A stretch of 64,000 bases of DNA from Promethearchaeota archaeon (GTDB taxonomy: Archaea > Asgardarchaeota > Lokiarchaeia > Sigyniarchaeales > SOKP01): NCBI GenBank assembly GCA_019057865.1, contig JAHLWP010000014.1, positions 1 through 64,000 on the forward strand, read 5' to 3'. A program made the position numbers and the translations under genes. Of this stretch, positions 9,456 through 19,703 are shown piece by piece. Positions within the stretch are counted from its first letter, which is position 1. The number at the start of each line of letters is the position of its first letter. The notes beneath the pieces are model-generated. The model did not search any database. It was not told the origin of the DNA and saw nothing but the letters and a program-made list of their open reading frames with translations.

Positions 9456-10655
9456 ATGGAAAAAGATATAATGGCAGACATAAAAAAATATCAAAAAGCA
9501 GAAAAGTTAAAGAAGTGGAGAGATGAAGTACAACCCATTCCTTGGTATTTTGATGGACTGGAAAATCTCTGTAATAGGATTCATCCTGAAAAACAAATAT
9601 TACAAGTATCAGATATACAACAGCTCTCTCATGATACAAAATTGTACCGATTTATATCAGCAAATCCGAATAAATTATTAGCTCCTTTCCGAGCAGGTCA
9701 ATACATTGGTTTAACCGTAGAAATTAATGGAGTGCGAACTTCTCGTGCTTTCTCACTTATTTCTTCTCCAAATCAACTTGCTTACTACGAGTTAGGAATA
9801 AAGAGAAAGGAAGGGGGTTTTGTTAGCCCTTATATCCTTGATAACATAAAGGTTGGTGATGTTTTAGAAGCTACAGAACCTATGGGAAATTTATATTATA
9901 ATAGGATTTTCCATGGAAAAGATTTAGTTTTTATTGCTGGTGGAAGTGGAATAACACCCTTTATTTCAATGTTAAGAAACATTTCTGAGCGTATGTTGCC
10001 TTTAAATGTCTGGTTAATATTTGGGTGTTTAACTGAGAAAGACATATTATTTAGAGAGGTGCTACAAGACATGCAGTCGCGACGTTCAAATATAAGAGTT
10101 AAATATATTCTTTCAGAACCCGGATCTGGATGGACTGGAGCCTGTGGATTTATCACAAAAGAGGAAATTTTAGATGAAATTGGATCAACTGATAAAAAAT
10201 ATTTCTACGTGGTTGGAAATAGGCCTATGTATTTCTTCATAGAAGAACAATTAAAAGCAATGGGTGTCCCTAGACATCGTATTATTTATGAAGCTTTTGG
10301 AGTTCCAGATGATATAACAGAAGTAATGGGATGGCCTGAAGAGATTGATACTTCAAAAAAAGTAATAATTACTGTTGAATTTATAAAACAAGGAAAGAAA
10401 CAAAAAGAAACTTTTGAAGCTCAATGCACTGAACCAATTTTAAACAGCCTTGAACGAGAAAAGGAATTAGGCTTAGAGATTAATAATAGTTGTCGCTCAG
10501 GTGCCTGTGCTCTGTGTAGAACAAAATTTGTTTCTGGTAAAGTATTCGTACCTCCTGAAGTAATAATACGAGAAATAGATCAAGAATTTGGGTTCATTCA
10601 TCCATGTGTATCTTACCCTCTAACGGATATCCATTTAGATTTAACTCAAACTTGA
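9456..10655 (+). CDS. FAD/NAD(P)H reductase fused to C-terminal 2Fe-2S ferredoxin
   Basis: FRAGQY, RAFS, GGFVS, IAGGSGITPF, CRSGACALC...HPC; GGAGGTG site upstream. Confidence 0.9.
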   Translation: MEKDIMADIKKYQKAEKLKKWRDEVQPIPWYFDGLENLCNRIHPEKQILQVSDIQQLSHDTKLYRFISANPNKLLAPFRAGQYIGLTVEINGVRTSRAFSLISSPNQLAYYELGIKRKEGGFVSPYILDNIKVGDVLEATEPMGNLYYNRIFHGKDLVFIAGGSGITPFISMLRNISERMLPLNVWLIFGCLTEKDILFREVLQDMQSRRSNIRVKYILSEPGSGWTGACGFITKEEILDEIGSTDKKYFYVVGNRPMYFFIEEQLKAMGVPRHRIIYEAFGVPDDITEVMGWPEEIDTSKKVIITVEFIKQGKKQKETFEAQCTEPILNSLEREKELGLEINNSCRSGACALCRTKFVSGKVFVPPEVIIREIDQEFGFIHPCVSYPLTDIHLDLTQT

Positions 10656-10978
10656 AAAATTATTGAACTACAATCCTATCTTTTAATTTATTTTAAATTT
10701 TTAATAATATATTTCATTTATTTTAAAACAATAATTTATAAAATTGGAAATTAAATAATTTATCTGTAAAAAAACCAGAACTTGGAAAGTTAATTAGCTA
10801 CTTTTTATACTTAGTGGCAATTACTGGAATCAGTTTTTCGAAATTATCTGAAAAAAGTGATCAACCTGTTGAGCAAACGATTTCCTTCTAAAATTTTCTT
10901 TATAGAAAAAATAATAAATTAAAAGATTTTTATTTCCACTTATGTTTATTATTTAACGAGCTAAGCGAACATAACAAT

Positions 10979-11686
10979 TTGTTTGAAAAAACAATTTTTA
11001 TAAAATCTTCTTACTTAAATATTAATATACTATATAGGCGATTAATTATATCAAATCTAAAGAAATATATTTATCTTTTAAATCTGTTTGGAGGAATACT
11101 TTTTATTATAGCATTCTTTACTCCAGCAATGTATGTAGATATGGATTACTGTACTTTTTACTATTGGTATTGGGGCTTAACGTATTGCAACCCTGATTTT
11201 GTTTTTAATAAAATTACTCCAGATCTAGTCATCTCTGGAACAACTATGGGAATTATTATTTTAGTAAGTGGATGTAATTTAATTATTTCAGTAAATAAAA
11301 TTAGAACAGAGAAAAAAAGTATTAAAACTGAGAATAAAAAACTAATTACTTTTTCAATTTTACCAATTTTAATAGGTTTTTTTTGGATCTTGGGTATTGA
11401 TACTATCTGGAGACATTATTTCATAAATCCTGACTATAATGTATGGGATTTTTATTCCTTTGGATTTGGATTAATTGGCGTTTTTATTGGTGGAGGAATT
11501 TCTCTATTAGGAACAATCCTAGGTTTCATCATTTTTAAAAATTATACTTATACCTATAAAAGACCCGCATTACCAAAAAAAGAGGTAAAGCAATTAAATA
11601 TGACTAAATCATATTGTCCTCATTGTCCATTGGCTCTTAAATTAGGGTTAAAAGAATGTCCTGAATGCGGTAAAAGCTTCAAATAA
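10979..11686 (+). CDS. Four-TM membrane protein with C-terminal zinc ribbon; start uncertain
   Basis: Hydrophobic segments; CPHC...CPECG. Confidence 0.7.
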   Translation: MFEKTIFIKSSYLNINILYRRLIISNLKKYIYLLNLFGGILFIIAFFTPAMYVDMDYCTFYYWYWGLTYCNPDFVFNKITPDLVISGTTMGIIILVSGCNLIISVNKIRTEKKSIKTENKKLITFSILPILIGFFWILGIDTIWRHYFINPDYNVWDFYSFGFGLIGVFIGGGISLLGTILGFIIFKNYTYTYKRPALPKKEVKQLNMTKSYCPHCPLALKLGLKECPECGKSFK

Positions 11687-11806
11687 AAAAAAATTATTAA
11701 ATTAATAATAAAACTGTTTTGATATTCAATTAGATTTAAAATACATTTAATTCTCTATCTTTTTTATTAAAAATTCTAAAATAAAAGAACATAAATTAAA
11801 AAATTT

Positions 11807-12631
11807 TTACTTCCATTTCCATTTTGGTTTGGTTTTAGTTAAACGAGCAAGAGCGGCAGAAACAGCGTCTTTAGTTTGAAGCAATTGGGAACTTACTAAT
11901 GTTTCAAGTTCCAATCCAAAAGCAGTATCTTTACCATAACAATCATCAATCAATTTTTTTGCAAGTCCAACCGCTAAAGGACCACTCGTCATAAGTTCGT
12001 TAGTATACATTTTAATTATAGAATCCAGCTCATCATGGGTTTTAGCAACACGATTTACCACCCCCAATCTATAAGCCTCATTTCCATCAAATCTACGTCC
12101 AGTTAAAATGATATCTTTGGTATTTTGGATACCCACAAGCCTTGTTAACCTAATTGTGCCACCTACGTCTGGGTTCATAGAAATCTTAGATTCCAACATA
12201 TGGAATTCAGCTGATTCTGTGCAGAATCGAAAGTCGCATGCTAAAGCGAGTTCAAAAGCCATTCCATAGCAATATCCATTTATTTTAGCTATTACTGGTT
12301 TTTCCATTTTTTCTATTTTCGTGAAAATTGGATGGATCCAAGTATTTGCAAAATATCTGAAATTCCGTGGAATTCGTAAATCAGGGATAACACCTTCGGG
12401 ATCTTTCTCTTGGCCAGTAAGAAAGTTTAAATCTATTCCTGAACTAAAAAATTCGTCTCCTCCCGTAATAATAACAACTCTTGTATTAGTTCGTTCCACT
12501 TTATCAATAGCTTTTACAAGCCCAACCATTAAATCATAATTCATCGCATTTTTTTTATCAAGGCGATTCATTTTTATTGTGGTTATGGTTTTATCTTCGT
12601 TTTCCTCTATTAAAATAATGTTTTCACTCAT
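11807..12631 (-). CDS. Enoyl-CoA hydratase/isomerase family protein
   Basis: FSSGIDL, KPVIAKINGYCYGMAFELALACD, PDVGG. Confidence 0.92.
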   Translation of the reverse strand: MSENIILIEENEDKTITTIKMNRLDKKNAMNYDLMVGLVKAIDKVERTNTRVVIITGGDEFFSSGIDLNFLTGQEKDPEGVIPDLRIPRNFRYFANTWIHPIFTKIEKMEKPVIAKINGYCYGMAFELALACDFRFCTESAEFHMLESKISMNPDVGGTIRLTRLVGIQNTKDIILTGRRFDGNEAYRLGVVNRVAKTHDELDSIIKMYTNELMTSGPLAVGLAKKLIDDCYGKDTAFGLELETLVSSQLLQTKDAVSAALARLTKTKPKWKWK

Positions 12632-12866
12632 TTTTCATCATTATTTAAATTTAACTTTTGAATATTATAATTTTATTTTGATAAAAAAATTATTTCTTTT
12701 CCAATTTTAATAGAAAATTGATTATAAAAATAGCTTAATCCATTGATTAGCTGTCCTCTTTACTAAAACGTATAAAAAATAGCAACCTTTTATTTTAATC
12801 TAATTAAATTTTAATAAATTACAGTGTTATTCTTTTTAAATAATAATATAATATTGAGGATTAAAA

Positions 12867-14882
12867 TTGAAGTTCTTTAAACTGTTTACTCCTTTTAAGA
12901 TAAGAAATTTGGATGTGTCGAACCGTATTATAATGCCTGCTTTAAATCTTAATCTGGCTAGTGATGGTTTTATTACGAAGAAATTAATCGATTTTTATGT
13001 TGAAAGGGCTAAGGGTGGTGCAGGTATGTTAATAGTTGGAGGATGTTATGTATCTATTTATGGAAAAGGTTTACCGATGATGATCGCTGTTGACGATGAT
13101 AAATATATTCCAAAATTAACAGAATTTACAGAGGCTATACATAAAGCTCGTGATGATGTAAAAGTTTGTTGTCAATTGTACCATGGTGGGGCTTATTCTA
13201 TGCCTCAAATAATTGGTAGAACTCCGATCGCTCCTTCTGCTCTATTTAGCAACTTCAGTAAGACCACTCCTCGAGAAATGACTCTTGAAGATATCAAGAG
13301 AGAGCAACAAGCATTTGCGGATGCTGCTGTACGTGCTAAAAAGGCAGGGTTCGATGCCACTGAAATTTGCGCTAATGCTGGATATTTATTTACTCAATTT
13401 ACATCTCCAAAAACAAATAAACGAACTGATAAATATGGGGGTAGTCTTGAAAATCGTCTAAGATTTCCAGTTGAAACACTTGAATTAATAAGATCAAGTG
13501 TAGGTAATGATTTTGTTATAGGTTATCGTATTTCAGGGGATGATTTTGTTCCAGAAAGTAATACTTATAAGGAAAAAGCCATCATAGCTGAAAAATTAAG
13601 TAATTATTTAGATTACTTTAATGTTACTGGAGGTTGGCATGAGACAAAAACGCCACAAACAACTATGGATGTTCCAGAGGGATGTTATTCTTATTTAGCA
13701 GAAAATGTCAGAAATAATGTATCAATTCCTGTTTTTTCATCCAATCGTATTAATGATCCAGTTTTAGCAGAACAAATTTTAATGGCTGGAAAAGCTGATG
13801 CTATTTGTATGGGGAGACCATTAGTGGCGGATCCTTATTTGCCTATTAAAGCGAGGAAAGGTGAAATACGAGACATTATGAACTGTGTTGGTTGCAATCA
13901 AGGATGTTTTGACGCAATTTTTAAATTGAAACCAATTTCTTGTTTAAGAAATGCTAGAGCTGCAAATGAAGCTAAAACTGAATTAAAACCCATTAAGCAG
14001 AAAAAGAAAATAATGGTGATTGGGTCTGGACCTGGAGGATTGGAAGCTGCGAGAGTTGCTCGAATAAGGGGTCATGAAGTTCATTTATTTGAAAATGACG
14101 ATATAATTGGCGGATTAATAAATCTAATTTGGAGAGCACCTGGAAGAAATGAATTTAAAAGAATCATTGAAAACTATTCATACTGGATTCAAAAACATGG
14201 AATTCATTTACATTTAGATAAAGAAGTAACTCTTGATGTTGTGAAAGAATTTAATCCAGATATTGTTATTGTAGCAACCGGATCAATTCCCTTAAAACCT
14301 CCGATTAAAGGTATAGAACGTAATAATGTATATTTTGCTAATGATGTTTTTAGTGGAGATGCACCAATCGGAAAAAATAATGTTATAATTGGAGGAGGAG
14401 CTACTGGTGTTGAGTTGGCAATGTATATAGCAAAGTTTGGTTCATTAAGTCTTGAAGCTTTCGAATTTCTAACTCTTTATAATGCTTTAGAACCCGAAGT
14501 TGCATTAAAAATGCTTCATGAGGGAAGAAATAAGGTAACGGTACTAGAACAATTACCTAAACTAGGATCAGCTCTAGGAAAGACAACTAAATGGGTTCTC
14601 CTTGATAAATGTGACGCTTTAGATGTAAAATTTCTTACAAGTGTAAGTGTAACTGAAATAGGAGATAATTATGTTAGTTACACCGATGCAGCAGGAAAAG
14701 ATCAAGTTATAAATGATGTAGATATGGTATATTACGCTACAGGCGTTACTCCAAACAATAGTCTTTTCAAAGAAATAAACAATCTAGGAAATATAGATGT
14801 GCATAAAATCGGTGATGCGAAAAAACCTCAAACTGTCTTAGAAGCCATAGAAACTGCCTATAAAGTGGCTAATAGGATATAA
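12867..14882 (+). CDS. fadH: 2,4-dienoyl-CoA reductase-like NADH:flavin oxidoreductase
   Basis: ERAKGGAG, NKRTDKYGGSLENR, CVGCNQGC, VIGSGPGG, IIGGGATG. Confidence 0.8.
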   Translation: MKFFKLFTPFKIRNLDVSNRIIMPALNLNLASDGFITKKLIDFYVERAKGGAGMLIVGGCYVSIYGKGLPMMIAVDDDKYIPKLTEFTEAIHKARDDVKVCCQLYHGGAYSMPQIIGRTPIAPSALFSNFSKTTPREMTLEDIKREQQAFADAAVRAKKAGFDATEICANAGYLFTQFTSPKTNKRTDKYGGSLENRLRFPVETLELIRSSVGNDFVIGYRISGDDFVPESNTYKEKAIIAEKLSNYLDYFNVTGGWHETKTPQTTMDVPEGCYSYLAENVRNNVSIPVFSSNRINDPVLAEQILMAGKADAICMGRPLVADPYLPIKARKGEIRDIMNCVGCNQGCFDAIFKLKPISCLRNARAANEAKTELKPIKQKKKIMVIGSGPGGLEAARVARIRGHEVHLFENDDIIGGLINLIWRAPGRNEFKRIIENYSYWIQKHGIHLHLDKEVTLDVVKEFNPDIVIVATGSIPLKPPIKGIERNNVYFANDVFSGDAPIGKNNVIIGGGATGVELAMYIAKFGSLSLEAFEFLTLYNALEPEVALKMLHEGRNKVTVLEQLPKLGSALGKTTKWVLLDKCDALDVKFLTSVSVTEIGDNYVSYTDAAGKDQVINDVDMVYYATGVTPNNSLFKEINNLGNIDVHKIGDAKKPQTVLEAIETAYKVANRI

Positions 14883-14912
14883 TTTTTTTAAATTTTTATT
14901 TTTCTTAAATTT

Positions 14913-16049
14913 TCAAGATAAACTCGTTTTTAATTTCTTAGGCGGTATAAATACATGCCTAGGGCCAATTCGTTCTAGATGCATAGCTTCCTCTGGACAG
15001 TGGTGAGCACAAACTCCACATCCTATACATAGTTCATCGTTCACAATAGCTATTGTATCATCTAAATCGATAGTTTCCATTGGACATTTCTCAACGCACG
15101 TTCCACAACCTATGCATACTTCCTCATCAACTTTCGCAAGGTAAGAGCTAATAGTATGTAAAGGCATTACTCCTCGATAATACATTTGAAGCATCCCACA
15201 GCAGCAAGAACAACAATTACATATTGCTTCAATACCTATATTTGGGTCTGAGTGAACATGGAACACTTTATGAACTAACCCGTGATCTTCTGCTTCTCTA
15301 AAAATTCTCAAAGCTTCTTCTTTTGAAACTCGGTTTCCAAACTCTTGTTCTATAGCAAATTTGGCACTCTTGTCAAAAAGAAAACAATTCTTTATAGGAG
15401 CCTTAATTTTACAAGGATCATTAATAAGTTCATTTTTATGACGACAATAGCAATTTGCTAAAGCAATATCGTCATAATCTTCTATATATTTTTTTATATC
15501 CTCATATGGCAGAGTGGATTCAGTTCCTACTTCTACCTCTTTCTCAACAGGAACAGTTCTGTCCGTTGCTGGAGTATCTTTAAACATATTCAGGATGCTT
15601 TCATAATTTTTCTGAGCTCCAATGCTCATTTCTTGAAATAAATTCTCAAATAATCTTGCTACTTTTTTATCTTTTTCAGTTTTAGTTCCACGTAGAAATT
15701 GATATTCAAAAATTCCTGGGTATATCGGCATCAAGCGATATACCATAACTCCAGCACTATTACTCATTGCGCCAATGATAATTCCTGTAAACATCAATTC
15801 ATCCAACATTTTCATAATTGAATTTTCATCCAGCTCTGACCTTTTTTTAATTTCCTCAAGTGTTAAAGATGGTTTTTTAAAATTTAAAAGGAATCTTGCT
15901 TGTTCTTCATTCATTAAGTTCTTTAATAAATCTATTAAAGTGTCACTGATTGGAAAAGGAAATCTCCCAGCTTTTACAATAGTTCTTGCTACTTTATACC
16001 AAAATTTGTCAGTCAATTTTATCTTTACCCTAATTAAAGATAATCTCAT
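14913..16049 (-). CDS. Fe-S protein with C-terminal 2x[4Fe-4S] ferredoxin domain
   Basis: CYCR, ICNCCSCCCG, CIGCGTCVEKCP, CIGCGVCAHHCP. Confidence 0.88.
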   Translation of the reverse strand: MRLSLIRVKIKLTDKFWYKVARTIVKAGRFPFPISDTLIDLLKNLMNEEQARFLLNFKKPSLTLEEIKKRSELDENSIMKMLDELMFTGIIIGAMSNSAGVMVYRLMPIYPGIFEYQFLRGTKTEKDKKVARLFENLFQEMSIGAQKNYESILNMFKDTPATDRTVPVEKEVEVGTESTLPYEDIKKYIEDYDDIALANCYCRHKNELINDPCKIKAPIKNCFLFDKSAKFAIEQEFGNRVSKEEALRIFREAEDHGLVHKVFHVHSDPNIGIEAICNCCSCCCGMLQMYYRGVMPLHTISSYLAKVDEEVCIGCGTCVEKCPMETIDLDDTIAIVNDELCIGCGVCAHHCPEEAMHLERIGPRHVFIPPKKLKTSLS

Positions 16050-16100
16050 TTAATTGTTTGATAGATTAAAAATTCCATAACTTAATTATATTTCGAGAAT

Positions 16101-16177
16101 AATTGATGACAAAAATGTGTCCTTTATGGTGATGTTAAGACAAGATAATCCATGAAATCTTCTACCCCCTCTGATTT
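16101..16177 (+). ncRNA. Candidate C/D box sRNA
   Basis: TGATGA 16104-16109, CTGA 16171-16174 preceded by tcttctaccccct; intergenic; T-tract follows; internal boxes degenerate. Confidence 0.35.
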
Positions 16178-16240
16178 TTATATTAGAAAAAAATAAGAAT
16201 CTATTAAATCATATAATTTTTTATTTGAGGGAAAAGAATT

Positions 16241-16414
16241 ATGATGAGAGAAGTAGAAGAAAGAATAAGCAAATTAGAACTTTCAATAGAAATTTTAAAA
16301 GATCATCTAAAAAAATATGGTCATCGAATTGAACCTAAAGCTTATGATTATATTAAAAATCAGATTGAATCATATAAGCTGGAACTTCAAATTCGGAGAG
16401 ATTATCCTATTTAA
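16241..16414 (+). CDS. 57-aa hypothetical helical protein
   Basis: MMREVEERISKLELSIEILKDHLKKYGHRIEPKAYDYIKNQIESYKLELQIRRDYPI; GAGG upstream. Confidence 0.65.
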   Translation: MMREVEERISKLELSIEILKDHLKKYGHRIEPKAYDYIKNQIESYKLELQIRRDYPI

Positions 16415-16425
16415 TACTCCTCAAT

Positions 16426-16854
16426 TTATAATGGTTCTCTTACTAAATAATAAATTTTATTAGATTCGCACTTTGGGCAATTGACTTTCTTATCTTTCGA
16501 AGCATTTTCATCTTCCCATTCTTTGTCGCAATTCAGACATCCATAACCGATAAATCCCTGTTTATAATCGATATTACCTCCATAAACTCTTATTTCTTTT
16601 CCTTCCATGAGTGCTTGAGTTGCTTTTTGATGGGCATTTTCTAAAATTCTAGAAAAAGTAGGCTGAGAAACTCCCATTTTTTCAGCTGCATCTTTTTGAT
16701 TTAGATTGATATAATGTTTTAAGCGCATTGCCTCAAATTCAGCAACAGTTAAAATGACAAATTGCTCTGTAGTTGAGCTTGATTCACTAACTCCAGTGAA
16801 ATAAATGTTATCTGGAGTCCTCTTGACGAATCTCATGCGCTTACGGCGTCCCAT
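16426..16854 (-). CDS. DUF134 HTH protein with zinc ribbon
   Basis: EFEAMRL...QKDAAEKMGVSQPTFSRIL; CLNC...CPKC. Confidence 0.9.
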   Translation of the reverse strand: MGRRKRMRFVKRTPDNIYFTGVSESSSTTEQFVILTVAEFEAMRLKHYINLNQKDAAEKMGVSQPTFSRILENAHQKATQALMEGKEIRVYGGNIDYKQGFIGYGCLNCDKEWEDENASKDKKVNCPKCESNKIYYLVREPL

Positions 16855-17108
16855 CTCTAATCAGAAGGCTCTTTTGTACAATAATTAATAATTATTTAGA
16901 TCCATTTTCAGAATTATAATAATATATATTCAAAATAATAATTTTAATTATAAGGTTTTAGGTTATTAATTTTCAATTATTTATCTCAAGATGGATATAT
17001 TATTGTAAAGACAAGTTGTATTAATTTTATAAATGTCTAAATATAAAAATTATATTAACTTTTAAGATACAAATTTAAAATATTATTAAACAACAACATT
17101 GATTAACC

Positions 17109-18410
17109 ATGGAAAAAAGCAAAACTGAATTTAAAAGTTCTTATATAGGAATATTTTCCCTAAATTATTTCTTTCAAGGAATTAATCAATCGATGTTTGC
17201 AGTTATTGTACCAATTTATTTAATCATGGAACTTAAGGCGATATCAGGAGCCGATATATCTTTCTTATTATCAATAGTTTTAATGCCCTTTGCCATAAAA
17301 TTCATATATGGTATGTTAAGCGATAAATATGCCCTTAAAAACTTAGGCAGGCGGAAGCCGTGGATTATCATTCCAGTCTCTTTTTCTGGTTTACTCTGGA
17401 TTTTAATACCTTTTATTATCACCACTAATACAGCGTTTATGATATTTACAGTGGTGGGTGTACTTATTGTTCTAGGAGTAGCTATTGCAGACACAGCAAT
17501 AGATGGGTTAATACTTGATATAACACCAAAAGAAAAGCTAGGGCGTGTTCAAGGTGTCTGTTGGGGTATCAGATCAGTTGGAATAATTATAGGAGGACCT
17601 TTAATCGTGGCTTTTTATATGCTTGCAGGTGGAAGTATTGAATTAGTTTTCATAGGATTAGGAATCGTAATGATTTTAACATCCTTGACTATTCTTATTG
17701 TTAAAGAAGCAGTTACTCATATTGACTTTAGTATCAAAACCAATTTAAAATTAATTTTTGGGAAGGGAAAAAATTGGAAAGTTTATATGTTTGCATTATT
17801 TAATTCATTTGTAGACGGCGTTATTTTTGTATTCTTATCTCTTTACATTATTATAGAAGCGGGTTTTATTGTAGCAGAGGGCGCTACAATCGAATTGTTA
17901 GAGACTAATGAATCATTATACGAACCAAATGCATTTATATCCTTATTCATTGGTTTAGGAGTAATATTAGGAGCATTAATAGGAGGTTATATTTCAGATT
18001 TAAAAACGAGGAAGCTTGGAGTTTTCTCTTCACTTTTAGTGACAACAGTATCACTATTATTGTTCTTGATCCCAACTATAGTTCCGCTTCTGATATTTTT
18101 TGCATTTCTTATTGGTTCCTCTGCAGGTTGGAGGAATTCATCTTATTCTGCAGTAGTAGGTCAAATATCAACATTGTATCCTGAAGTTGATAGTACTTAT
18201 TATGCTACATGTAATTCATTTGTAAATATTGGTACTGTCATAGGATTACAATTAACAGGAATTTTATTTAGTACTTTAGAGGGATTAAGTACATATACAA
18301 TTTATGCAATATTATTTATCTTCATGGCAATTATTTCAAATATTGGAATTATTCCTTTTTTAATGATGGATTCTAAAGAATATGAGTTAAGTGATAAAAA
18401 TAGGGATTAA
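17109..18410 (+). CDS. MFS transporter
   Basis: About 12 TM; GMLSDK...GRRKPW, ADTAIDG, GGYISD. Confidence 0.9.
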   Translation: MEKSKTEFKSSYIGIFSLNYFFQGINQSMFAVIVPIYLIMELKAISGADISFLLSIVLMPFAIKFIYGMLSDKYALKNLGRRKPWIIIPVSFSGLLWILIPFIITTNTAFMIFTVVGVLIVLGVAIADTAIDGLILDITPKEKLGRVQGVCWGIRSVGIIIGGPLIVAFYMLAGGSIELVFIGLGIVMILTSLTILIVKEAVTHIDFSIKTNLKLIFGKGKNWKVYMFALFNSFVDGVIFVFLSLYIIIEAGFIVAEGATIELLETNESLYEPNAFISLFIGLGVILGALIGGYISDLKTRKLGVFSSLLVTTVSLLLFLIPTIVPLLIFFAFLIGSSAGWRNSSYSAVVGQISTLYPEVDSTYYATCNSFVNIGTVIGLQLTGILFSTLEGLSTYTIYAILFIFMAIISNIGIIPFLMMDSKEYELSDKNRD

Positions 18411-18553
18411 TTTTTACATCCTGACTAAATTAAAACTTTTCTAATTTTTTTGTTCTTACAAAAATAAAAATAAAAATTATCAAAACTAATATTAATCTTA
18501 TTGGAGAAGAAAATTAAATCTCAATAAATTATATAAAATATTGGTGAAATAAG

Positions 18554-19612
18554 ATTAGATATATCGAATATCAAATTGTTATTGGAGATGCTCCTCCAGG
18601 TTTAATTTCTAAAGATCTTAAAAAATTAGGTTATTCAATTAATTATCAAATCCCTTCTCAAAAAATAGAAAAAGAATCATTATTCCCAGAGGGAGTAATA
18701 CATCATCTCGCCAAAGAGAGTTATGTTTGGAATTTTTCATTAATTTATAGAGAGAGAAATTTCGATATAATTAAATGGAGAACTTCATTTGCTTGGAAAG
18801 AAGAAGATGCGCAAGATTTAATGATGGAAAAAGGGTTATTTATAGGTGTGAGTGGGGGTGTATTTTTCATTAAAATTGATGAGGATATAGGTGATAATTT
18901 TATACAACTTGCTGATATTATGGATACTTTCATTGAAAAAACACACATGGAGCATGAAGCTCCTTTTATAGTTTATGGAGTTATTGAAGATCAGAAAAAA
19001 ATAGCTGAATTAAAAACAAACGAAGAAATGTTAAAAAATCTGGCAGATGTGAAAAAGTGGGTTGCTCAACATAGAGGAGAATTTAAACTTGAGAATTTAA
19101 AAGAAATTAAAATGAACTTAACCTATCTTGTTAGAGATTTTACTCACTTTATACTTACTAAACTTAAATCAAAAACTAATTATTCAGATCTCCAATTAAG
19201 AGAAGTCCATTTTCTAGATTATCAAGATATTAGTGCATTAAAGGAAATCGAGGCTGCTTTAACAGAACAAGCTAAAGCAGGAGAAACTGTTGATCAATTA
19301 TTATCTGAGCTTTTCTTCAAATATTTAAAATTACCAGAATTTCAAGAAGAAGCTATTACTAAACCTATTGAGATTCCAGAAGTATCCAAACCGGCTCCAT
19401 CAAAAATTAAAATTATACTAGAGGAAATTAGAAAGGGATTAAGAAGGCAATGCCCAAAATGTTTTAATAACGATCGAAACAAAATACGTGAAGTAATAGA
19501 TCGGGAAAATATTATTATGGAAAATCCCAATATTTATGGTTTCAAGTATATTTGCGGCATGTGTGGTCATGAGTGGAGAACCAAAAGGGATTGGAAGATT
19601 GAAGATAGTTAA
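18554..19612 (+). CDS. Hypothetical protein with C-terminal zinc ribbon; probable ATT start
   Basis: Frame open from 18548; GGTGA precedes ATT 18554; CPKC...CGMCG. Confidence 0.65.
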   Translation: MRYIEYQIVIGDAPPGLISKDLKKLGYSINYQIPSQKIEKESLFPEGVIHHLAKESYVWNFSLIYRERNFDIIKWRTSFAWKEEDAQDLMMEKGLFIGVSGGVFFIKIDEDIGDNFIQLADIMDTFIEKTHMEHEAPFIVYGVIEDQKKIAELKTNEEMLKNLADVKKWVAQHRGEFKLENLKEIKMNLTYLVRDFTHFILTKLKSKTNYSDLQLREVHFLDYQDISALKEIEAALTEQAKAGETVDQLLSELFFKYLKLPEFQEEAITKPIEIPEVSKPAPSKIKIILEEIRKGLRRQCPKCFNNDRNKIREVIDRENIIMENPNIYGFKYICGMCGHEWRTKRDWKIEDS

Positions 19613-19703
19613 ATTATGAATTCGAAAAATTTTTATTATTCTTTAAACAAAATAATATTACTTCTTTTCTAATATCTTATTTTAATAATAAAGTGATTTG
19701 AAG

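Noticed and set aside
10750-10891. Short open frame KKPELGKLISYFLYLVAITG...
   Set aside because: No start codon or recognisable family
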